In this document: piece by piece, positions 9,486 to 19,639 of the stretch
How positions within the stretch are numbered: position 1 is the first letter of the stretch
Layout of the letters: each line of letters starts with the position of its first letter
The notes under the pieces: generated by a model
Seen by the model: only the letters and a program-made list of their open reading frames with translations
What the model was told of the DNA's origin: nothing
The model's database searches: none
Assembly (NCBI GenBank): GCA_016861085.1
Contig: BOKR01000001.1
Span: forward strand, 195,271-259,270
Length of the DNA stretch: 64,000 nucleotides
Origin: Patescibacteria group bacterium
Lineage (GTDB): Bacteria; Patescibacteriota; Microgenomatia; UBA1400; PJMF01
Direction of reading: 5' to 3'
Program-made: the position numbers and the translations under genes

Positions 9486-12239
9486 GTGAAAATAAATATA
9501 ACCAAACTAAAGCAAAGGGCTACTCAATTAGCTCATGAATTAGTAGAAACTGCTCAAGAACAATTGGGTGTCAAGTTTCCCAAATTAAGGACTTTTATGC
9601 CAAGATCAAGAAGTCGAAGATTTTCTGCACGGGGTTCAATTTTTGCTCCTCAGAACCGTCAATTACTATTTGCTAAATTATTGAGATTTTTTGCTTTCGG
9701 TAGTTTAGCCGCTGTCATTGGTGGGGTTGTCTTGTTTTTCGTGATGTTTGCATGGTTTTCTAGAAGTCTGCCAAAACCAGGTGAGATTGTTCGTCGTGAA
9801 GGATTTAGTACCAAAATCTATGATAGAAATGGCAAATTGCTTTATGATTTGTTTGATGATGAGCGTAGAACTCCAATCTCTATTGATCAAGTCCCTATAG
9901 AATTACAGCACGCGGTAGTAGCAATTGAAGATAAAGATTTCTACAAACACCAAGGGTTCGATTTTATGACTTTCTTGAGAATTCCATATAACGTTTTATT
10001 CAAGCAGCGTGTTATTGGTGGCTCTACTCTCACCCAGCAGTTGGTGAAGAATGCATTGTTAACTAACGAACGAAGTATCACCAGAAAATTTAAAGAACTG
10101 GTACTTTCATTGCAAATCGAACGCAAATTTACCAAAGACCAAATTTTGGAAATGTACTTGAATGAGGCCCCGTATGGAGGCACGGCTTGGGGTGTTGGTA
10201 CTGCAAGTGAATTGTATTTCAACAAGCAAGTCAGTGAGCTCAATCTAGTTGAATCAGCAATTTTAGCTGGTTTACCACAGCGTCCATCAGCATATTCTCC
10301 GTATGCCGGCAAAACTGATGATGATGGCGAACCGTTATGGAAAGTGCGTACAAAAGGGGTATTGCGCCGGATGCGCGAAGATGAATATATTTCAGAAGCA
10401 GCATACCAACAAGCGCTTGGCGATCTTGACACTGTAGTTTTTGAGAAAGCTGCTATTGATATCAATGCTCCACATTTTGTGTTTTATGTTCGCGATCTGC
10501 TGGCTGAAATGTATGGTGAGGAAGAAGTTGAAGCAGGTGGTTTTAAAGTCACTACAACTTTGAATTCAGAGTTGCAGGATGCTGCACAAGAGATTGTGAA
10601 ATCTGAGGTTGAAAAGGTTGAGAAATTAAATATTACGAATGGTGCTGCGTTAGTGATGGATCCGCGAAACGGCGAGATTCTAAGTATGGTTGGAAGTCGT
10701 GAGTATGCTAATTCTTCAATTAGCGGACAATTCAATGTTGTGGTAGATGGACTACGACAACCTGGGTCTTCTATCAAGCCAGTTACCTACTTAGCGATGC
10801 TACAACGAGGCTACACTCCTGCCAGTATGCTTATGGATGTGGAAACAATATTTGCTCCTCATGAAAATGCAAAAGAATACAATCCAAAAAACTATGACGG
10901 GAAATTCAGAGGCCCGGTTAGTTTGAGGAATAGTCTTGGCAGTTCGCTTAACATTCCAGCGGTTAAATCGTTAGCGATTGTTGGGGTTGATAATTTCTTG
11001 AGTTTAGCCTACGACATGGGTTTTGTAACACTTGAACCGACTAAAGAAAACATGAGCCGGTTTGGATTGGCTGTAACATTGGGTGGTGGTGAGGTGCATA
11101 TGATTGACACGGTAACTGCTTACTCTTCTTTTGCAAATTATGGACAAAAAGTTGAGCCAGTCGCAATTCTTAAAGTTGAAGATTCTGATGGTACTGTTTT
11201 GTTTGAACACAGACCAGTACAAGGCAGAAAAGTTATGGAAGAGGAAGAAGCTTTCTTAATCAATAATATTCTTTCTGATAACAACGCTCGTGCGATCGCA
11301 TTTGGTACTGGTTCTCTTTTGAATGTCAGTCCAAATGTGGCAGTCAAGACTGGTACTACAAACGACCAAAAAGATAACTGGGCAGTCGGTTGGAGCCAAG
11401 AGGTGATTGTTGGTGCTTGGGTTGGAAATAACGATAATACTTCAATGAAGAGTGTGGCATCAGGTGTTTCTGGAGCTACCCCGATTTGGCGTAACATTAT
11501 TTTAAAGGCGTTGGAAGTTGAGGGATACACTGCTCCAGCATGGCGAGTGCCAGACGGCGTTGAGCAAGTTCCAGTTGATAAGATTTCTGGATATCCTGAA
11601 CATGATGGTTTTGAATCTCGAACAGAATATGTAATCAAAGGTACTCTTCCAGGTTTGCCAGATCCAATTCATGCAAAGTTAAAACTTTGTCGAGGAGAAA
11701 ATAAGTTAGCTCCAAATGCTAGAGTTGCAAGTGGTGACTACGATGAGAAGGAGTTTTTGGTATTGAAAGAAGAAGACCCATTTAGTACAGATGGAGTAAA
11801 CAGGTGGCAGCAAGCAATTGATGCTTGGATAGCTTCCCAAACTGATGAAAAATATCATCCGCCGACTGAATATTGTGGTGATGAAGGGGAAATCTATGTT
11901 GAAATTATTGAACCAAAAGGACAAACTAATTTTCAAGGCGAAGACATAACGATTAAAATTCAGTCTGAGTCTCCTACCGGCATTGAGAAATTGGAAATTT
12001 TCGTAGATGGCTCTTTACGAGAAACAATTAAAGATAGAGTGCATACCGGTACATTACGTTTGGCTGCCGGTAAACATGTTATCTACGTGAAGGCATATAC
12101 TAAAGATAGCAAAGTAAAACAGACCGGTGACTTGAGAATTGGTACAGGTGGAGTTCCTTGGGATGCACCAGACCCAACGCCAACACCCTCTCCCACTCCA
12201 ACGCCGTCAGGGTCACCACTTCCGACAATTTTACCCTAA
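9486..12239 (+). CDS. Class A penicillin-binding protein with C-terminal Ig-like domain and Pro/Thr tail
   Basis: EDKDFYKH, GGSTLTQQLVKN, RKFKE, SSIK, SLN, KTGT; start uncertain (GTG 9486 or ATG 9597). Confidence 0.93.
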   Translation: MKINITKLKQRATQLAHELVETAQEQLGVKFPKLRTFMPRSRSRRFSARGSIFAPQNRQLLFAKLLRFFAFGSLAAVIGGVVLFFVMFAWFSRSLPKPGEIVRREGFSTKIYDRNGKLLYDLFDDERRTPISIDQVPIELQHAVVAIEDKDFYKHQGFDFMTFLRIPYNVLFKQRVIGGSTLTQQLVKNALLTNERSITRKFKELVLSLQIERKFTKDQILEMYLNEAPYGGTAWGVGTASELYFNKQVSELNLVESAILAGLPQRPSAYSPYAGKTDDDGEPLWKVRTKGVLRRMREDEYISEAAYQQALGDLDTVVFEKAAIDINAPHFVFYVRDLLAEMYGEEEVEAGGFKVTTTLNSELQDAAQEIVKSEVEKVEKLNITNGAALVMDPRNGEILSMVGSREYANSSISGQFNVVVDGLRQPGSSIKPVTYLAMLQRGYTPASMLMDVETIFAPHENAKEYNPKNYDGKFRGPVSLRNSLGSSLNIPAVKSLAIVGVDNFLSLAYDMGFVTLEPTKENMSRFGLAVTLGGGEVHMIDTVTAYSSFANYGQKVEPVAILKVEDSDGTVLFEHRPVQGRKVMEEEEAFLINNILSDNNARAIAFGTGSLLNVSPNVAVKTGTTNDQKDNWAVGWSQEVIVGAWVGNNDNTSMKSVASGVSGATPIWRNIILKALEVEGYTAPAWRVPDGVEQVPVDKISGYPEHDGFESRTEYVIKGTLPGLPDPIHAKLKLCRGENKLAPNARVASGDYDEKEFLVLKEEDPFSTDGVNRWQQAIDAWIASQTDEKYHPPTEYCGDEGEIYVEIIEPKGQTNFQGEDITIKIQSESPTGIEKLEIFVDGSLRETIKDRVHTGTLRLAAGKHVIYVKAYTKDSKVKQTGDLRIGTGGVPWDAPDPTPTPSPTPTPSGSPLPTILP

Positions 12240-12263
12240 ATTATAGGGAGAGTGAGAATACAT

Positions 12264-13532
12264 TTATTTCTTACAGGCAAAAAGGATTGCTAAGAACAGC
12301 AACAAGAGACCCGATTGTAATGTGATGAGGTAATGGTCAAGCAATGCGATTGGCATAAGAGCCAAGATGTATTCTGGATGTTCACACTTGATTTTTTTTC
12401 TTAGCAGTGGCAGGACAATGATTCCTATAAGAGACAGACCGATGATTCCTGTCTCTGCTGTTAGTAGCAGTAATATGTTGTGTGCAGGTTGAGTGAAACG
12501 CACAACTTCTTGAGTTTGACTATACTTTTCAACTTGTGCTGTAAAGTTATGAAGTCCTACACCCCGAATTGGGTTATCTAAAATCATTGTGACGGCGGCT
12601 TCATTAAGATACGCTCTTCTAGTGATACTTGTTAAATCTTGAGTTTGTTTTGTTGAAAATTGGGCCAAAATACATATGACAATGAGGTTAAATGCCAGAA
12701 AGAAAGATAAAAACTGTTGAGTAGTAACAGTTAGTTTGAATCTTTTTAACAACAGTACCATCAAAAATCCTAGTGCCAACCCAACGATTGCAGAAAAGGA
12801 TTGAGTTAACAAAATGACAGAAATAGCGAACAAAATAGTGAGAATTCTAACTTTTCTTATTTTTCCATCTGCTGGCAATGAATTGAATAGTGCAAAGACA
12901 AATAGCACCAAAGATCCAGCCAATATATTTGGATGCGCTGTTGTGCCATAAGGTAAGATTTTTTGAGAACCAAGAAAAGTGCTTTGTGCAATTCCAGCAT
13001 ACGAATGTAGATTTGTTTCCCCTAAAAAATAATATCCATAGAAAGATTTTTGATTAAGAAACTGATACCAAGCCAAGAGAGACTGAAATAGAACGGTGCA
13101 AGTGATGGCAATGTTCATAATTTTTGATTGCAGTATGTTTTTTTGTTGGATCAGAACTGTACCAATGCATGTGAGTAATAGTACCCGCACAAAAAATAAA
13201 ACGGCAATAAGTGAATGTGCTAAGAATAGTTGATTTATAAACAAAACGAATAATAACAATACTACTAGAGGTACATAGGATACTTTTTTGAATGCAGAAA
13301 AAAGAGTGTCTCGATTTTTTTTAAACGCAAAAATGTACAGAAATAGGAATCCAATCAAGAAATCACTCAGGTGGATTTTTGGAATCAAGTAGTCAATCAA
13401 TAACCCATGTACATACGCTGTGTTTTCAAAAAACGTTTTAAACAAATTACTGGGAATTGTAAAAACTAGAATCGCTAACAGCATTTTTATGCTGGTCTCA
13501 ACTGTAGTAACTTTCTTAAAAAATGAATTCAT
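12264..13532 (-). CDS. O-antigen ligase (Wzy_C/O-OTase-like) family membrane protein
   Basis: Multi-TM; YGTTAHPN, GVGLHNF, PAHNILL. Confidence 0.85.
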   Translation of the reverse strand: MNSFFKKVTTVETSIKMLLAILVFTIPSNLFKTFFENTAYVHGLLIDYLIPKIHLSDFLIGFLFLYIFAFKKNRDTLFSAFKKVSYVPLVVLLLFVLFINQLFLAHSLIAVLFFVRVLLLTCIGTVLIQQKNILQSKIMNIAITCTVLFQSLLAWYQFLNQKSFYGYYFLGETNLHSYAGIAQSTFLGSQKILPYGTTAHPNILAGSLVLFVFALFNSLPADGKIRKVRILTILFAISVILLTQSFSAIVGLALGFLMVLLLKRFKLTVTTQQFLSFFLAFNLIVICILAQFSTKQTQDLTSITRRAYLNEAAVTMILDNPIRGVGLHNFTAQVEKYSQTQEVVRFTQPAHNILLLLTAETGIIGLSLIGIIVLPLLRKKIKCEHPEYILALMPIALLDHYLITLQSGLLLLFLAILFACKK

Positions 13533-13561
13533 CAGTACTTTGATTCTAACAGTGTAATAAG

Positions 13562-13590
13562 AAAAAACCCACTGTTTTCGCAGTGGGTTT
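13562..13590 (-). terminator. Intrinsic terminator of infC-rpmI-rplT
   Basis: AAACCCACTG-loop-CAGTGGGTTT plus T tract. Confidence 0.85.
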
Positions 13591-13614
13591 GAATTTCAAT
13601 GTGTAGAGCTGTTT

Positions 13615-13968
13615 TTATTTAACAGCTGCTTTGACGATATCTTTAAATGTTCTAAAATCACTGACAGCGATTTCAGCGAGCATCTTTCTATCAATAGAGA
13701 TATTTGCTTTTTTCAGAGCGTTGATGAATCTTGAATATTTAAGGCCTTCACCAAGTTCAGTTAGTGCTGCATTAATACGGATGATCCAAAGTTTACGCAT
13801 GTCACGTTTTCGAAGTCTTCTTCCGATATACGCATACATACCAGCGTGCATGTAAGCCTCATGAGCTCTTTTATAGAGTCTTGAGTTGGCACCTCTAAAC
13901 CCCTTGTTGGAGTCTAGAACTTTTTTATGTCTTTTTCTGCGGGTTATCCCTGTTTTTACTCTTGTCAT
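13615..13968 (-). CDS. rplT: 50S ribosomal protein L20
   Basis: MTRVKTG, LWIIRINAA, IDRKMLA. Confidence 0.98.
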   Translation of the reverse strand: MTRVKTGITRRKRHKKVLDSNKGFRGANSRLYKRAHEAYMHAGMYAYIGRRLRKRDMRKLWIIRINAALTELGEGLKYSRFINALKKANISIDRKMLAEIAVSDFRTFKDIVKAAVK

Positions 13969-13987
13969 AGTTGTTGTCCTATCTGTA

Positions 13988-14191
13988 TTATGCTAGACCA
14001 AGCATTTGCTTGATTTTTTTTGCCCATTTTCCTTTTACTTCGACTGGTTTTCTATAGGCTCTAATAGCTTTTTTACTTTTAATTCTTCTTCTGTGACGCA
14101 TATTTTGTGAACGTCTCAAAACTTTACCAGTTGCAGTGATTTTGAATCTTTTTGCAACACCACTTCTGGTTTTTTGCTTAGTTTTTTTCAT
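13988..14191 (-). CDS. rpmI: 50S ribosomal protein L35
   Basis: KTRSGVAKRFKITATGK; between infC and rplT. Confidence 0.95.
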   Translation of the reverse strand: MKKTKQKTRSGVAKRFKITATGKVLRRSQNMRHRRRIKSKKAIRAYRKPVEVKGKWAKKIKQMLGLA

Positions 14192-14196
14192 GCTTC

Positions 14197-14745
14197 CTAT
14201 CCTTTTTTCTTTGCAGGCATTAACTGCGCAAGTAACTTCTTACCCATGAGTTTTGGCTGCATTTCAATGGTAGAAATATCCTCTGTAGCAGAGAAAACTC
14301 TCTTGAATGCTTCATATCCAAACTCTTTTTTGGTGATTTCTCTGCCTTTGAATTGCAAAGAAAGTCTCACTTTATCACCTTTTTCTAAGAATGTTCTCAC
14401 TTTCTTAGTTTTTGATTCAAAGTCGCCTTCTCCCATAAATGGGCTAAAACGAACTTCTTTAATATCTTGAGCTTTTGCGCTTTTCCTTGATTTAGCTGCT
14501 TTTTGTTGTTCTTGGTATTTGAACTTTGCTAAATCAATAATCTTAGCGATTGCAGGAGTTGCTTGATCATTGACTAATACGAGGTCTTTGTCAACTTCAC
14601 GCGCTCTTGTTAAAGCTTCAGATCTAGACATTACCCCAACCATTTCACCAAACTCGTTTAACACTCGTAAGTTTTGAGCGTTGATTCTTTCGTTAATTGT
14701 GTAATATTTTTTACCGAAAGAGTTGTTGTTATTTCTTGGATTCAT
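14197..14745 (-). CDS. infC: Translation initiation factor IF-3
   Basis: INERI, KFKYQ, KEVRF, GDKVR, FKGRE. Confidence 0.97.
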   Translation of the reverse strand: MNPRNNNNSFGKKYYTINERINAQNLRVLNEFGEMVGVMSRSEALTRAREVDKDLVLVNDQATPAIAKIIDLAKFKYQEQQKAAKSRKSAKAQDIKEVRFSPFMGEGDFESKTKKVRTFLEKGDKVRLSLQFKGREITKKEFGYEAFKRVFSATEDISTIEMQPKLMGKKLLAQLMPAKKKG

Positions 14746-14949
14746 GCGTAGGTTGTTTATGTAATATCTTTCTTTTTTTTTACTTACTATTTTCGATACA
14801 ATGTATTGTACATCAAGATACTTGAAATATCATGTGTAGCATAAAATAGCAACGAACGTGTATTATATCATTATTTTGACTAATTGTTAAAGAGAATTTT
14901 TTTGCTATAATGTACAGCGTGTTTCATATTGAAACCAGACGATAACCAT

Positions 14950-15026
14950 GAATCTGTAGCTCAGTTGGTTAGAGCGCTTCGTTGACATCGAAGAGGTCAG
15001 AGGTTCGAGTCCTCTCAGATTCACCA
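14950..15026 (+). tRNA. tRNA-Val(GAC)
   Basis: Cloverleaf; anticodon arm CTTCG-TTGACAT-CGAAG; encoded CCA. Confidence 0.96.
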
Positions 15027-15027
15027 T

Positions 15028-15795
15028 TTATTTTCGAGGGATTTTAAATAGATTCATCCAACCATTAATTGTTTCATACATATCGCTATAAAATTGTTGG
15101 GCAACCTCTGGGTCTGCAAATGATTCGTCTGTTAGCGTTGTAAAGCTATCAGAAAGATGTGCTTGTTCTTGTCTGGGGATGAAAGTTCTTAGACCACCAG
15201 TTTCTTGCATTGGCGCAGTTACTTGATGACTCCTGCTTAGTCTAGATCTTCGTTTGTTTGATATTGCGTCGACCCCAATTACGAGAGTCTCAAATTCATT
15301 ACGTTGTTTTCTAGCCTCTCTGGCAGCAAAGATATTTCTTTTAACTATAACTGGGATAACAAAAATGTCACCTAAATGGGTACTGAGGTGTTCGATTTTA
15401 TATCTTTTACATAGTGGGTTTTTGTCACTTGGGGTCACGACTGACCCTGCCCTTATTTTGACTTCAGGGTTCTTCGACAGCGGGTTTCTTATAATTGGAC
15501 TTCTAGTTGGTGATTGATGTGGGAAAAGATAAGAGATACCACTGCCACTATTTTCTCGAAGTGCTTCATGTGCAAGTCTATATGCTTCTGGATAGTCTTG
15601 TGGAGTCAGCACATCGATAGCGGCTGGCATGAAAATATATTCATCAGCAAAATCTTGAAATAGGGCTAGGAAAATTTCGTTAATTTCAGGGATTCTAGAG
15701 GCTAAAACATGTTCGGGAGTAGTTGGAACGGGATGAGATGATACGAATCTTGATCCGTCAGGTGCTTCAACCACTGTCAAACTTTTCCTTAGCAT
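15028..15795 (-). CDS. Hypothetical protein
   Basis: 255-aa ORF, no motif recognised. Confidence 0.65.
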   Translation of the reverse strand: MLRKSLTVVEAPDGSRFVSSHPVPTTPEHVLASRIPEINEIFLALFQDFADEYIFMPAAIDVLTPQDYPEAYRLAHEALRENSGSGISYLFPHQSPTRSPIIRNPLSKNPEVKIRAGSVVTPSDKNPLCKRYKIEHLSTHLGDIFVIPVIVKRNIFAAREARKQRNEFETLVIGVDAISNKRRSRLSRSHQVTAPMQETGGLRTFIPRQEQAHLSDSFTTLTDESFADPEVAQQFYSDMYETINGWMNLFKIPRK

Positions 15796-15798
15796 GTG

Positions 15799-16503
15799 TT
15801 ATTCTCCAAAATTATCTCCCCGTTCACTGTTGAAAAATTGGTCCATATTCGCTCTTTGTTCAAAACCAGAACTTTCAGACATTTGCTTTCCTAATCCTTT
15901 AGCGCGTTTGGCAACTTTTTTCTTTTTGGCTTGCGCTTGTTTCGCCCAGGTTCTTGCACTTCTAACACGTTGGGTTAAGAGAATAATGAAGGCACGAAGT
16001 CTATCAAAGAAGTTCTCGTCACCAATACCTTCAAAACCAGTATTCGTGACTCGACCCATTAAGGTAATATCAATTTCTTTGTGAAATTTTTTGATTTCTT
16101 TAGCCAAGTTTTTAAGATCTTTTCTGATCTGGTCTATTTTCTTTTTTGTTGCTTCTTCTCTGGCATCAAAAACATCTTTTGCATCAACCGGGTTAACTTT
16201 TTTATGAAGTTCAAGTCGTTTTTTTTCGTACTCCTGTTTTTTGAGTTCTTCTTGCTGTTTTTGCATAGCTCCAAATTCATTAGAGCCGCCAAAATTTTGC
16301 ATTGGGCCATTGGTGCCACCGTACTGATCAAGGTAACTATTGTTGAGTGTATTAAATGGATTGTTTTCGAATGGATTGCTGTTTTGGGAATTAAAAGACC
16401 CTGCTCTGCCTGAGGTACTCGAGAGAGCCTCTGTAAATGATCTGCTAGATTTGTTTCCTCCCGTAGAGCCTAAGGCTGCTGCAAAAGGATTTTTGTTTGA
16501 CAT
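15799..16503 (-). CDS. Coiled-coil protein, probably DUF5660-like
   Basis: Low-complexity N/S/G N-terminus, coiled coil, NFFDRL...SARTW, Lys-rich tail; family call from memory. Confidence 0.6.
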   Translation of the reverse strand: MSNKNPFAAALGSTGGNKSSRSFTEALSSTSGRAGSFNSQNSNPFENNPFNTLNNSYLDQYGGTNGPMQNFGGSNEFGAMQKQQEELKKQEYEKKRLELHKKVNPVDAKDVFDAREEATKKKIDQIRKDLKNLAKEIKKFHKEIDITLMGRVTNTGFEGIGDENFFDRLRAFIILLTQRVRSARTWAKQAQAKKKKVAKRAKGLGKQMSESSGFEQRANMDQFFNSERGDNFGE

Positions 16504-16594
16504 ATCTTCAATAAAATTTCCTAATTATAGGATAATTTACCCGAAAAGTCAAGTCATCTTTTTAAGTATACTCGAGGGCAAGTGGTTTCCGCAA

Positions 16595-17518
16595 TTAGCG
16601 CAAATTAAGCAAATGGTCTGCTACTTTTTGTCTCAACAAAGTCTGGCTCATCATTTCAGTGTATTGTGGGTCAGATTGTTGTTGTTTTTTGAGCTGTTCA
16701 TCAGTAACTTTTGCAAATGCTTCATCCAAGTCAGCCTTCTCTACAGTCAATTTAGCAGATCTGGCGATTTCGTCAATTACAAAAGCAATTTGTAATCGTG
16801 CCAAGGCCCCTGCGGCCATTTCATTAGAAAGCTGTTCAAATGTCATTTTCCTTTGTTCAAGGAATTTTTCAAAAGGAATGTTAAATTGTTTGAGTTGTCT
16901 TGCCAGGTTTTCAAGATCATATCTAGTTTCTTCTTTTACCAACAACTCTTGGATTTGAGGTTTGATGTTAGAAACGAGTTCTCTATAGATAAATTGCACA
17001 ATATAATCTTTTTTTTCTTGTTCAGTTGGTTCTTCATGAGAATGAGCATGTTTTTCACCTTTACTTTCTTCGACATGTTTTTTCATGTCAGCAATCTGTT
17101 TTTCAAGTTCTTTTTGCGCGTCTTTTTGTGCTTTTGTGACAACTTTTTCATACCCTTTAATATCAAAAGTTGGTCTTTCAGCAACATGAGCTTCAACTAC
17201 CCAATCTTTCCCTTTTTCGAGTGAAACAGGGTTAAATTCTGGATATGTGAGTGGTTTTATACCAGATTTTTTCAATTCAGATGAGTAGAGTTCTGGGATA
17301 ACAATTTGTAATGCTTCTTCAATAACTGATTCAAGCTTCAAATGTTCTTCAGCAACTTTTGCTGGGACTTTACCTTTTCTAAATCCTGCAACACTAATTT
17401 TTTTTGCAAGTTTGTTTAAAGATTTAGTGTATGCAGCCTGCGCAACTTTTGCTGGGATCGTAAGGGTGATGATTGTATTGGGAGCAATTAATGGTTTTTC
17501 TAGTTTTGTATCTGTCAT
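16595..17518 (-). CDS. tig: Trigger factor (no FKBP domain)
   Basis: GFRKGKVP signature; 307 aa. Confidence 0.9.
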   Translation of the reverse strand: MTDTKLEKPLIAPNTIITLTIPAKVAQAAYTKSLNKLAKKISVAGFRKGKVPAKVAEEHLKLESVIEEALQIVIPELYSSELKKSGIKPLTYPEFNPVSLEKGKDWVVEAHVAERPTFDIKGYEKVVTKAQKDAQKELEKQIADMKKHVEESKGEKHAHSHEEPTEQEKKDYIVQFIYRELVSNIKPQIQELLVKEETRYDLENLARQLKQFNIPFEKFLEQRKMTFEQLSNEMAAGALARLQIAFVIDEIARSAKLTVEKADLDEAFAKVTDEQLKKQQQSDPQYTEMMSQTLLRQKVADHLLNLR

Positions 17519-17642
17519 ATCTAATTATCCTTCTAACCTAAGACCACGTATTATACCCTAAAAAAAATAGTTTGTGATGTGATATAATAAAACGTACAAA
17601 TTAAGCCCTGTAAGGAGGGAATTTCAAAGAGGAAAATTCACA

Positions 17643-18467
17643 ATGAGTGAACACATTTTACTTCATCATATTGATGACTACGTTTCAGGTGGTCTCGAAT
17701 TCGCAGAAATCGATACTCGCCTCTATTCTAATAGTAAGAACCCAGAGAAGGTTTTGATCCATGATACCTCGGTGCCGTCACTTGATACTATGGCACTTGG
17801 ATTTGTTACAGGTCAATTGGCTTACGCTCCAACTGGTGACAGACGTGTTGTTATTTATGGTAACTGCGCTCCAAGAAGAACTAGCGATAAGGCAAGGTTA
17901 AATAATATTGATCATGGAATTAAGTACGCAAAATTAAAAAATGGTGTTGAGATCATTAATGTTTGGTCAGATCATGCCTTTGGATTTGTAAAAAAGGATA
18001 TTGTTGAGTTCAGAGATATTAATTGCCCGAATTCAGGTTCACAGTTTAGGTCTCGAGATTTTTTTCCATTGGCTGTTGCAAAGATAATTAATGGTGATTA
18101 TTCAGAGCTTGGTGAAACGCTCGATATCAATAACATTCCTGAGATTCCAAACAACATGGTTGCTTGGACAGATGGTTTTGGCAACATGAAAACAACGATG
18201 CGAATGTCTGATATTGAAAAATTAGGTCTCAAACCAGGTGACAAAGTGCAAGTTATTTTGAATAATGTCAGTATGGTTGGGGTTGTTTCTATTGGAGGCT
18301 TCCAGGTTGATAGAGGTGTGCTGGCGATTAATGCTGGTTCGAGTGGATATGAAAATCCGTTTATCGAATTCTTTTTGAGAGTACACCAAATTTCAGAGCA
18401 AACCGCAGCTGTTCGATTTGGCTATCCAGTTGGTGGGACAGAATTTGAGATTAAAGTTTTGAAGTAG
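17643..18467 (+). CDS. Divergent SAM hydrolase/halogenase-fold (DUF62-like) protein
   Basis: SQFRSRDFFP (cf. STFHGRDIFAP), TDGFGNMKT (cf. IDxFGN), NAGSSG. Confidence 0.7.
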   Translation: MSEHILLHHIDDYVSGGLEFAEIDTRLYSNSKNPEKVLIHDTSVPSLDTMALGFVTGQLAYAPTGDRRVVIYGNCAPRRTSDKARLNNIDHGIKYAKLKNGVEIINVWSDHAFGFVKKDIVEFRDINCPNSGSQFRSRDFFPLAVAKIINGDYSELGETLDINNIPEIPNNMVAWTDGFGNMKTTMRMSDIEKLGLKPGDKVQVILNNVSMVGVVSIGGFQVDRGVLAINAGSSGYENPFIEFFLRVHQISEQTAAVRFGYPVGGTEFEIKVLK

Positions 18468-18486
18468 ATTATTATTTGAAATGAGT

Positions 18487-18518
18487 AAAACGGGAGATAA
18501 AATATGCCTCCCGTTTTT
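18487..18518 (+). terminator. Terminator-like hairpin
   Basis: AAAACGGGAG...CTCCCGTTTTT. Confidence 0.65.
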
Positions 18519-18567
18519 GAAGTCTTAGTTTATAATAGAGTGGTTCTTTGACTCTAAAGTTGCATTT

Positions 18568-18644
18568 GGCGCGATACCAGAGTGGCCCAATGGCTAGGTC
18601 TGCAAAACCTCAGTTCGCGGGTTCGAATCCCGCTCGCGCCTCCA
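18568..18644 (+). tRNA. tRNA-Cys(GCA)
   Basis: GGCGCGA/TCGCGCC acceptor stem, CTGCAAA loop, GGTTCGAATCC, U73, CCA. Confidence 0.95.
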
Positions 18645-18681
18645 TAGACTATTGAAGGGCATCGAACAGCAGCATTTTCTC

Positions 18682-19554
18682 TTAGGCGAACTCAACTCGT
18701 TTTTTTGGCCTTTCAAGTTGAGAACTTCTATCTTCTCGTAAAAAAGAAATAGCCTGCTCAAGTCTAGAAGGCGTTGAAAAATTTTCTAGCAACAAAACTT
18801 TTCCTTCTCTCTGAATTTTTCTTTTAACTTCAATTGGTAATGTTTGAACATCAAAAGAAGGCAAAATGATTCCATCAACTTTCTCACGCAGAACCATACC
18901 TAAATCTGAAATTCTATCACCAACATAAATATATCTTTTATTTGGGAATTTATGTTTTGCTAAATACACAAGGTGCTCTCTAAACCAATCATCCTCACCA
19001 TGTAAAAAATATCCTCTGATAAAATCATCCTGCCCAAGATTTGCTTCACCATAGATAAGGTCATATAATCCCGACCTAAGAATTTTATCCTGAGCAATAC
19101 GATACGGATTCCCAGACGCTACAATAACATGACCTATCTCCACAGCCTTTTGAACAAATCTAAGAGCTCCAGGATTAAGTTCATATTTTGTTTCAGTCTC
19201 GAGGTTTCTCATGAGCTCAAAATAATATGAAACTGAGGCTGTTATGATATCTTTGGCTCGTAAGTTGATTTCTTGTCGATCGGGATCGTCTAACGTTTGA
19301 TAAACAGGAAGATGGTTTTTCTGTAGTAACCTATATAACCATCCTAAGTCGGTTGTTTCTCTAAGGTCTAAACTATCTTTAGGAAGTAAAGTTTTATTTA
19401 TTGGTGGATAGCCCCATTCAGCTCTACTTACAGTAACTAAGCTAATACAATACTCTATTCGTTTCATGTATGGTAAATCTGGGTTAGGATTTGCAGGGAG
19501 TAAGACACCATCAATATCAAGAATAATGAGGGTGTTCGTATTTTTACTATGCAT
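18682..19554 (-). CDS. HAD-superfamily hydrolase
   Basis: LDIDGVL, VASGN, VGDRISD. Confidence 0.75.
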   Translation of the reverse strand: MHSKNTNTLIILDIDGVLLPANPNPDLPYMKRIEYCISLVTVSRAEWGYPPINKTLLPKDSLDLRETTDLGWLYRLLQKNHLPVYQTLDDPDRQEINLRAKDIITASVSYYFELMRNLETETKYELNPGALRFVQKAVEIGHVIVASGNPYRIAQDKILRSGLYDLIYGEANLGQDDFIRGYFLHGEDDWFREHLVYLAKHKFPNKRYIYVGDRISDLGMVLREKVDGIILPSFDVQTLPIEVKRKIQREGKVLLLENFSTPSRLEQAISFLREDRSSQLERPKKRVEFA

Positions 19555-19639
19555 GCTAGATATTGTACATTTCCATGTCAACAAATACCTTGTCTGAGTT
19601 ATAATAGAAAGAGATAAAGCGACAGCCTAAATTCTTTGT

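Noticed and set aside
12165-12236. Tandem-repeat-like CCAAC/CCAC tract
   Set aside because: Encodes the ordinary Pro/Thr tail of the PBP.
18655-18675. tRNA T-arm-like fragment (att site) after tRNA-Cys
   Set aside because: GTTCGA-like core only; no stem and no identity to the tRNA 3' end.
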